Part shown: one piece after another, positions 54,975 to 64,000 of the stretch
Layout: each line of letters begins with the position of its first letter
Position numbering within the stretch: position 1 is the stretch's first letter
NCBI GenBank assembly: GCA_951406725.2
Contig: OX597821.1
Location: 89,776,001 to 89,840,000, forward strand
Direction of reading: 5' to 3'
DNA length: 64,000 nt
DNA from: Octopus vulgaris
Taxonomy: Eukaryota
Translations under genes and position numbers: made by a program
The notes under the pieces: model-generated
Databases searched by the model: none
Seen by the model: the letters and a program-made list of their open reading frames with translations, nothing else
What the model was told of the DNA's origin: nothing

Positions 54975-55335
54975 GCAGTTATGTTAATAAGAATCATTAT
55001 CATTAGATTTGAATTGTCTCACAAGAGATGTGAGAGTTGAATGCACATCAAGAACCCCAAATCATAATAAACCTTAAATAGATTTAACAACCTGCTACCT
55101 TAAATTCAGATATCATATTTACACACAGTCATTTTGAAACCCAGATAGAAAAAAGATAAATTAAAAGACAGAAATATTCCTTATGATATACAGGGAAAAT
55201 TTTTTGGTAAAGGACTGATCTTACCATGGAAACAAGTGACTATAAGATTTATCCAATATTGAAAAACTAGAGATCCTTTTACTCAAGACTTAATTCTTAA
55301 AAGAAATTCGAAGATAATTTCGGTTCGTAAATATC
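54975..55335 (+). pseudogene. Penelope-like element GIY-YIG endonuclease remnant
   Basis: LDLNCLTRDVRVECT...KP*IDLTTCYLKFRYHIYTQSF*N...KLKDRNIPYDIQGK...DLSNIEKLEI matches the 'CL...VVY...YIG.T...FK.RY..H..SF...LKD.NI.Y.I.WK...LC..EKL.I' layout. Confidence 0.75.
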
Positions 55336-55587
55336 CGATTTAATAGACTTAATTACACTACTGTCCTACCATATAAATAATTAAATTAAAGCTACTTATA
55401 AGCATCTCTATACCAAACATACTGTTTCTTCTTTGAAGTTGTGATTCGAGATACCGAAATTATGATGTCAGATTTTGAGATCATATATAAAGAAGTACAT
55501 TTCTGACCTATTACACATATTTCATTAAATAAACTATCCTATTTTGAATTATGATGAAGAGAGACAAATAGAAACGTGCTATATATG

Positions 55588-55632
<45 letters not shown>

Positions 55633-55749
55633 TAAATTAGAGACAAAACCACTATTAGGCAAATCAAACAATGAAAAACTTAATCAATACATAATATTAT
55701 TTAATTTATATTATTTAGAAAAATTATTAAAAAAATATAATTAATATCA

Positions 55750-55813
55750 CACTACGATCGTTTCATGCCTGCTAACATCTTCAAATTTTTGAGTCGCAGT
55801 CATTCATCAGGTG
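55750..55813 (-). ncRNA. Type I hammerhead motif
   Basis: CAC-CTGATGA-ATGaCTGC...GCAGgCAT-GAAA-CGATCG-TA-GTG; palindromic stem III, GUA site. Confidence 0.75.
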
Positions 55814-56855
55814 GTTTAAATATTTAACTTGGCGAGGTTTATATATATATATATATATATCATACAAAGGCGGTGCTCCAGCATGGCCGCAGTCAAATGA
55901 CTGAAACGTGTAAGAGTGTATACTGCTTACTCCTGAAAACAAATACATACACACACACACACACACATATATATATATGAATATATATATATATATAAAG
56001 AGATGGAGATGAGTATGAATGCATATACGTATATGAATAATACGTGTATGTATGTATGCATCTATGTTAAAACTGACACACACACACAGTTATATACCAC
56101 GTGACCATTAGTAATGTATCGAAGCATATATTTTATTTAGCTTATTACCGTATTTATTCAGATATTTATTTTTTTACTTGTATACTATATTTACTTGGTT
56201 GTATAGTCTTATATATCTGTGTGTGATGGTACTGAATCATACACCATGCTACTACATCTGCTTGTCTTCTTCTCAAGATGAAATAACAATCTTTTCTCTA
56301 TTCTTACTTTTACTGTTTGTAATGCCAGTTTTGTTCCCATAGGAATCTAATTTGTTCTATCGCTTTTACTTCCTTTTATTCAATTCTGTTGTGACTGGAA
56401 TCAGTTGAAACGCTGTCTTAAAGGGTTTGAAATATTAGCTTCTGACGAAACTGACAAAAATGTGAAAGAATAGACTATTTATAAAGCATACTAATATATT
56501 ATAAATATTTATATTTTCTCTGAAATCAAAGTGGCAAGTTGGTAGACTCATTAGCCCGCCAGACAATAGTTCTTCGAGGCGTTTCATCTGTTTTTTTACG
56601 TTCTGAGTTCAAATTCTGCTGGGGTCGATTTTACCTTTGTTGGAGTCAATAAAATAAGTAGCATTTGAACACTAGGGGTCAATGTAATCGACTTATCCCC
56701 TCCACCAAAATTGCTAGCGTTGTGTCAAAATTTAAAATGAATATTTTCTCTGCAGTTACCTTTCTATCATAATTTTGATTTCCTTGAACATTATACGAAG
56801 TATGTACATACATCACATACATACAAATACTAAAACACAAATATGTATATACCTT

Positions 56856-56893
<38 letters not shown>

Positions 56894-56901
56894 ATAGAAG
56901 G

Positions 56902-56952
56902 AGCTTCTACAGGACTAGAACTGTTTCATTCAAAAGAAATCATCAGGAAGCT
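56902..56952 (-). ncRNA. Complete type I hammerhead motif (left arm of palindrome 56890-57041)
   Basis: AGCTTC-CTGATGA-tTTC tttt GAAt-GAA-ACAG ttctagtc CTGT-A-GAAGCT. Confidence 0.8.
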
Positions 56953-56979
56953 CCTGATGATTTCAGGAAATCATCAGGA

Positions 56980-57029
56980 AGCTTCCTGATGATTTCTTTT
57001 GAATGAAACAGTTCTAGTCCTGTAGAACT
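56980..57029 (+). ncRNA. Hammerhead motif (right arm of the same palindrome)
   Basis: Same as left arm, with a 1-nt deletion in the stem I 3' strand. Confidence 0.75.
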
Positions 57030-57111
57030 CCTTCTATAAAATAAATTAATTTACTCTGCTATGTATTGAGTACCTTATTTACTGTGGTTAACCCCGACTC
57101 AACCCGGGACC

Positions 57112-57170
<59 letters not shown>

Positions 57171-57194
57171 ATGTATACATACGTACACATACAT

Positions 57195-57434
57195 TTTTTT
57201 CTGGGGAAGGCCAGCTTACAGGATTACCTTGGGTTTATTATCCATAAAGGGTTTAACTTTATGGCGTATCGTCAGACCCCAAAACCTGTTGGCCTGTGAC
57301 CTCTTCAAAAGATATATTTTGAAGAGGTCTTAGGCCGACAGGTTTTGGGGTCTGATGATAAGCCATAAAGTTAAGCCCTTTATGGACGGGAAACCCAAGG
57401 TAAGCCCATAAACCGGCCTTCTCCAGTAAAAAAA
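57195..57434. repeat. Palindrome with a hammerhead motif in each arm
   Basis: Centre CTCTTCAAAAgatataTTTTGAAGAG; arms about 115 bp. Confidence 0.9.
57347..57407 (+). ncRNA. Type I hammerhead motif
   Basis: GGGGT-CTGATGA-taag CCATAAAG ttaagcc CTTTATGG acgg-GAA-ACC caa GGT-A-AGCCC; the mirror copy at about 57220-57280 (-) has lost the G of GAAA. Confidence 0.65.
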
Positions 57435-57607
57435 AATATATACTGCTCAATATCTTAGAGTGTGCTTCTCTGGATTTATGTTTTCTACAAACAATATATA
57501 TATATATATATATTTATATAGTTAATCTAAACAAGAAAGGACAAAAAAACACAACGCGAGGACGTGGAACAAATATAGTATTATTGGACGCTCAGGAAAG
57601 AAGGAGG

Positions 57608-57642
57608 GCTTAACGTTTCGAGCGGAGCTCTTCGTCGGAAAC
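57608..57642 (-). ncRNA. Variant-core hammerhead-like motif
   Basis: GTTT-CCGACGA-A-GAGC tcc GCTC-GAAA-CGTT-AAGC; downstream TTCCTGAGCG shared with the 10475 and 46251 modules. Confidence 0.55.
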
Positions 57643-57736
57643 ATAGGAGAAGGAAAGATCCAGAGAAGGGAAGACATATATCGATATATGCTTCTAAATA
57701 TATATGTGTATGCATATTTGTTTCTATTCATGTATA

Positions 57737-59222
57737 CAGGTGTTGACGAAGTTGTAGAATCACCTAGTGAAAAGTTTTTATTATGTAATATGGAGTTGTT
57801 CCTCCTTTGGCAGCGATCACAGCTTTAATACACCCCGGAATTGATTCGAACTTGTTGTGAAAGGTCGTGAGAAAAATATTGATATGTTCTTGTTATATCG
57901 TCAGTGGCGATATATGATGTGTGTGTGGAACAATATATCAAAATACCAAATACAACCGTATAACAATAAGCAATGTAACAAGAGTTGGTTATCTTATTAT
58001 AAGGGTTCACACAATAAACAATCCAATACTCCAATGCAGAATCAATAATGAGATTAACGCTCTCACAGTTCGCCCTCAACTGTCATCTGGCTCAATCTAT
58101 TTATGACTCGTCCAATTCACTGACAGTCACGTATGGGGGTATCAGGTCAACCCATAACAGTACTTCACATAGAACCTGCTTTAGTTCTTTCAGTGATAGT
58201 CAGCGTGAATTGGTTGCTTACTTGCTGCACTAAAATTCTCAACACATGTTCGATTATTATGAGATCCATTATTTGTCGGGGTTAATCCATGTAGTCTACG
58301 TCCCTTTTGTGCTCTTCATGCCACTTTTGGATAACATTAGCAGTTTCAATTGGTGCATAATCTTCCTAGAATTTGTGCTACCATCAGAGAACAACGTTTG
58401 TATCATCGGATGAAAACGATCTCCAAAATACTCAAATAATCTACAGCGTTAGTCCTGGCATGTAGAACATCTAAAGGGCCAAGAGGATTCTTGGTGATAT
58501 GGCTGCCTTAATTATTACAAACCCATCTCTATGATTTACCATAGGGGCCAAAGAGTTAGGAATAACAGTTTCTTTGAGATGTCTAGAAGCATAAAATCCC
58601 CACAAAATAGGAAAAAAGCATGAATAATGATTCATCAGAGAAGATTACATTGTTCTATTGCGTCCCATACCACTCTTGGTAATCTAGACATCATTTTTAC
58701 TTCATATTGATATTGCTAGGGGACAGGATATTTAGTAATTGCCCTGGGGCTCATAACAAATGGCTTTGGTTGATACTTTAGTTCTTCTGTCATTTTCATT
58801 GTTGTAGTTTGGTACTTTTTAAGAACAATATCTTTCACTATTCTATCCCACTGTGCATTTTGAGTTCTATCCAGAATTATGCATACCAGAGTGGTTTTAC
58901 TTTGGTTTTGGAAAACCAACATAATTTCCAGACACTGCATTTCAAAAACCATTAAACAATGCAGTAATTTCAGCTGATGACTAAAGCTCTAACTATCAGT
59001 ATACCAGCAGTTTGTCCTCTTTGGAAATCACATGGGTCACACATTTTAACTTAAATTTAAATATCTGAGAAAAATATCAGAGAACTATATTATGAAAAGC
59101 GAGGTGTACATAATATGTAGGAACACATATACACAGACCAGAAGAGTTTTGAATTGGTCATATTGCCAATAGAAAATGTAATTAAATAAAAGTGGTGCTT
59201 CCATTATTTTGTTTAAACCTTG
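57737..59222 (-). mobile_element. Older, diverged Tc1-like (DD36E-like) transposon
   Basis: Degenerate TIRs; remnants AVDYLSIL..FHPMIQTLF..EDYAPIETANVIQKWHEEH and ESIPGCIKAVIAAKGGTTPY. Confidence 0.8.
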
Positions 59223-59912
59223 TACATCATGTATATATGTAAGTATGTGCATGAGAGTATGGCTGTGTCTCTGTAAATGTACACATAAATATTTATGGCA
59301 TTATACAACGTTGCACTGGTTATATTTTTCAGGATCATTTTTATGTATCATAATATAGCAGAGGTTGGAAATAAAGATAATATTTACATTTTATAGTATA
59401 ATATAGAATATAGAAATGTAAAGCGATATTTGTATTTCACATTACGATACTGGTTGCAGTATGCAATATTACATTTCTAATATGCTACAGCTGCATATCC
59501 AAGTAGTATTCACATCTCATAAGGAGGTAGAGAATTTGCTTTACAGGAATATCTGCATTTGGTATTATTTTAAAGAATACAGATCCATTATTTCAAAACA
59601 TGACAATAGCTATAGTTTTCAGTGATATTTATAACATATTACATAATAGTACAGATTGACATTTGCATTAAATATTTCCTTTTTCTTCAATATAACATAC
59701 ATTGTAAGATACAGGAAGTTAACCTCATATGTTACTCTGAGACTTGTAAGTGTGCATGAAACTATTCTTTAAGAATAGCATTTGTCTTTTTAAATCTTAA
59801 ACTTTTACTATAGTAATATATCCATAAACTTTAGCTGTCGATGCACTTACTATTGAATGAACTTTATTATAGGCATAAACATTGCTGACTCACCAATATT
59901 TTAGGTATCATT

Positions 59913-59966
<54 letters not shown>

Positions 59967-60066
59967 TAAAAACGGTAAGATAATAAAAGAAAGAAAGAGA
60001 CCTCAATATTATGTAAATAGAGAAAATTTATCTATAAAATAATATGTTACAATTATTCAATAGTCA

Positions 60067-60129
60067 AGATAAAACTCTGAGTTTCGGATGCCGAAGTGGA
60101 AATCCACAACACCATCTCTTCGGTTATCT
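60067..60129 (-). ncRNA. Variant-core type I hammerhead-like motif
   Basis: AGATAA-CCGAAGA-GATG...GTGGA tt TCCAC...CATCc-GAA-ACT cag AGT-T-TTATCT; 6-bp stem I. Confidence 0.6.
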
Positions 60130-60149
60130 GGCCATATATATATATGAAC

Positions 60150-60303
60150 CTTTGACGTTAGGAAGGGCATCCAGCAGTAGAAACACTGCCAAATCTGACT
60201 GGGCCTGATGAAGCCTTCCGGCTTCACAGACCCCAGTTAAACCGTCCAACCCATGCTAGCATGGAAAACGGACGCTAAATGATGATGATGATGATGATGA
60301 TGA

Positions 60304-60306
<3 letters not shown>
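60150..60306 (+). mobile_element. SINE family B fragment
   Basis: Body plus (GAT)n tail. Confidence 0.8.
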
Positions 60307-60341
<35 letters not shown>

Positions 60342-61016
60342 TTTATGAAGGCAGTAGTGTCATGTGAGGTGTGGATGTGCTGAATGTGCCGACTACATAG
60401 AGTGGCCACCTTATATACATGTGTTTGCTGTAGTATAAGGTATATTGTGTTTAAGAAATGGGGCAGCTAGTTTAACTACTGCACAGAATTAACAAAACCC
60501 ACTCTATACCACTGCTGTTATTGTTAGGACTACTTAAAGCCAGTTGACCATGACTAAATACTGGATTTGACAAATGTATTCCAACTACATCAATTGACCA
60601 ACAAAGAGACTTGTTAAGATTTGTAGGAAATGAGGGAATAAATGGAAGCCTTCTCCTTGTCAAAGTAAAGGATAATGTTAAACCATTTAGTGTTAAATTC
60701 ACTCCTCTTCTGCTTCAAGTGGAGATTTCTGCAATGGTGTTATTGATTGCTAAAATCCGGACAACAGATCTAGTATTATTAAGTAGCCATTTTATAGGAT
60801 TAAAGTTATGCATCAAATTTTGATTCAACTAACTTTTAGCTTTAGCTCATGATGAGTGAGTTGATTAAAAAAAATTGATTGAGATTAATTTACAGCTTAC
60901 CCATTTTCAAACTGCAATGATACCTGCACCCTTATATTTTACTGTTTCACTTTATAAGTGATTCAGAACTTTTGGAGTTTAGTCTCATATCATTTTGGGT
61001 TTTGGTTAACTTTATT

Positions 61017-61425
61017 TTCTTACTCTTTTACTTGTTTCAGTCATTTGACTGCGGCCATGCTGGAGCACTGCCTTTAGTCGAGCAAATCGACCCCGGGACT
61101 TATTCTTTGTAAGACCAGTACTTATTCTATCGGTCTCTTTTGCCAAACCGCTAAGTGACGGGGACGTAAACACACCAGCATCGGTTGTCAAGCAATGCTA
61201 GGGGGACAAACACAGACACACAAACGTATACACACACATACATATATATATATACATATATACAACAGGCTTCTTTCAGTTTCCGTCTACCAAATCCACT
61301 CACAAGGCATTGGTCGGCCTGGGGCCATAGTAGAAGACACTTGCCCAAGATGCCATGCAGTGGGACTGAACCCAGAACCATGTGGCTGGTTAGCAAGCTA
61401 CTTACCACACAGCCACTCCTGCGCC
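61017..61425 (-). mobile_element. SINE family A copy
   Basis: Full-length reverse complement. Confidence 0.9.
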
Positions 61426-63316
61426 TTCTTGTAAACTTATTCAAAAGAATTGGTGCTCATTCACAGTCATTAAATTCCTATTATACATTCATTCAAGATG
61501 ATGGTAATATCTGTTGGCACCAATGATTAAATGCAGCACCACCGTGTGAGCTTGCGCAAATAAGAGTTTTCATAATTGGGAGTTTTCATATATGTCCACA
61601 GGGGTGGTTATTTTGTGCAAATTTCATTTAAGCCCATACTGGAGTCTCTCGATACTTCACATTCTCTTTGATAAAGGTTTCAGACCAAAAGTTTAAGTGG
61701 CATATTTTCCCTCATTGTAATTCTCAGTAAAAATATTTAAATTACATATTGCATTCACAGAAAGTATCGGCACATTGTGTATTACCAGCAGAGCAGCCTC
61801 ATTCTAATTACTGAGAATCTTCTAAAGGAATTTTCTTAATTAAAATGATGATACAGGAAGTCATACTGTATCTCATACTATATCTAAAGAATAGTATTTA
61901 CAGTGAATTTCAACCAACTGTGAACTGTCTAGCAATTCCTTAACAAATAAGCAACAATGACAGTTATTGGCATTCCTGCCATCTACATTGCAACATCCTA
62001 AAATTATGTTATATTTTTTTACCCAAATTTCCTGGGCCATTAAGGAATCAGAACCAATACTCCACATCACCATCATCTACGTATTCTATGATGCTGTCAA
62101 AAGGATAACATTGCAGCTCATTTACCTTTGTATAATAACATCTACACAGCAGTATTCTCAGAATGAACTTCATTTTTATCATTACTAAAAATTGGCACAC
62201 ATTCAGTGATTCCTAAGTTATAGCAGCATATAATATAAATAATGAGCATTTGTTGAATGTCATGTAGTGAACTGCTGTATGCTTCTCCATTTGTTTTACC
62301 TTCTGCTTTGAAATCCTGAATAAAGTACTACCGGAACTATTGAAATAGCAGCAGATCACTCAATCTATCTGGACTACTTTTGCAGGCAAACATTTCTTTT
62401 ATTTAGAAGGCATTTTAACTTCAGTCACTTCTTATATACATCAAACCCATTCTTCATCATTATTTAGCAGCCTTGTAAATATTGTGAACATTGCCATTGT
62501 GCAAATGTTCTCAAAGTGTGTAGATTATTTTACATGATATATTAAACTGACATAGAAATTACCGTCTCATTTAGATGTCATGTATGCTTTCCAGAGATTA
62601 TTTCTATTTCCTCTCTGCATTCTCTGTTTCCCTGCTTTTGTTTTCCTTCAATTTCAGAGAAGCTCTTGTGCACTGCAGTCCCATTTAGAATGAACCATGT
62701 TCTGAATGAAGTGCTTCTATTTTTACCACAGTGAACTACTTCTCTGTCACCACTTTCTTGAAAGTAAGCAAGTAAGTCAGCCATGATATACTAGAGGATG
62801 AATCGCCACATATGATCTATTAAACATTTTGTATTCCAGCACCTTTCACACTACTTATGGAGAACTGATGTAATGACTATATATATGTACTGCATTCTTG
62901 CATAATAGGTGAAAACATTGAGTTCTTGTATTTGCATCAGCACACAGCTTTATCCTTTGTCAATATACTTGAAGATGTATTTCACAAAGGGTATGGGAAA
63001 ATGAATGAAAGAGTTGCATTTAAATGAGAGATGTTTGTTGTGAACTTAACATACTAGAATCCTTCTATAGAATGGTTTTCCTTCAACCTCAACTGTTATG
63101 TTGACACTGGAGACTTCAGGAAATTCTTGGTGCATTTACTGTTCTGATTCACTACAATGGGTTTTACTTCAGATCCAAGAATTTAACATTCTGTTTTACA
63201 AGTGTTGTAGAGATTTGGCTCTGTTACTGGGTTAGGAGACCTTGCACACATAAACTAAGCAATATTTGAGAGAGAAACAGAGAGCGAGAGAGAAAATAAA
63301 AGCAAAAGAAAGAATA

Positions 63317-63678
63317 ACCAACCACATGGTTCCGGGTTCAGTCCCACTGCGTGGCATCTTGGGCAAGTGTCTTCTGCTATAGCCCCGGGCCGACCAATGC
63401 CTTGTGAGTGGATTTGGTAGACGGAAACTGAAAGAAGCCTGTCGTATATATGTATATATATATATGTGTATGTGTGTGTGTGTTTGTCCTCCTAGCATTG
63501 CTTGACAACCGATGCTGGTGTGTTTACGTCCCCGTCACTTAGCGGTTCGGCAAAAGAGACTGATAGAATAAGTACTAGGCTTACAAAGAATAAGTCCCGA
63601 GGTCGATTTGCTCGACTAAAGGCGGTGCTACAGCATGGCTGCAGTCAAATGACTGAAACAAGTAAAAGAGTAAAGAGT
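63317..63678 (+). mobile_element. 5'-truncated SINE family A copy
   Basis: Colinear with the consensus. Confidence 0.9.
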
Positions 63679-64000
63679 ATAGTGAGTGAGATGCATTCCA
63701 GTTATGACATCCATATTTTTCCCTATGTGTATGAACACAGGACTACATTATCTAATATGTCCTTCGATAAGACACAAAGGAGGTGAATTAATGAAGACTC
63801 AGCTGATATTTTTTGCCAGTCAAGAATGACATTATAGCTCTACCTATTCAACAAACCTTGTTGATAACAGTAAAGCATTTAATATGATGTTAGAAAAGAC
63901 AAGAAAGTGCTTAAGAATAATTAGCAACTTGTCTATCTGGCTTACAGAAAGGGCACTTGCAGACAGCTTCTTTGCTTTTTTTCCTTATTGAAAAGGTTTT

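Larger units (their letters stand above)
60470..64000 (-). pseudogene. Decayed autonomous Helitron Rep/PIF1-like helicase, interrupted by two SINEs
   Basis: Ordered remnants VKYIFKYIDKG; TWFILN; LLNNDEEW..MPSKLKEMFA; FLNGPGNLGK (Walker A); HELKLKV; LMHNFNP..LLNNTR; RRRLPF..NLNKS..VVGIHLSNPVFSHGQL. The part beyond 63680 is weaker. Confidence 0.85.

Overview
This is AT-rich eukaryotic DNA that is almost entirely intronic or intergenic. The SINE families and dense microsatellites suggest a cephalopod (Octopus-like) genome, which is an inference. No intact protein-coding gene is evident, and nearly all ORFs in the track are microsatellite or SINE artefacts. The window is a nested transposon graveyard: several SINE families, RTE and CR1/L2 LINE fragments, three DD36E-like Tc1 elements, two mariners, piggyBac- and Tc1-type MITEs, a decayed autonomous Helitron, a non-autonomous Helitron, and fragments of Penelope-like element (PLE) reverse transcriptase and GIY-YIG endonuclease. 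The main signal is about 15 type I hammerhead-ribozyme-like motifs (stem I-CUGANGA-stem II-GAAA-stem III-NUH-stem I) from many unrelated sequence families. Most sit in short modules inserted into (TA)n microsatellites, and several occur in long head-to-head palindromes. Two copies belong to a tRNA-headed SINE that carries a hammerhead. Together these suggest a diverse PLE-driven population of non-autonomous, ribozyme-bearing retroelements. All folds, translations and alignments were done by eye, and coordinates of degenerate elements are approximate.
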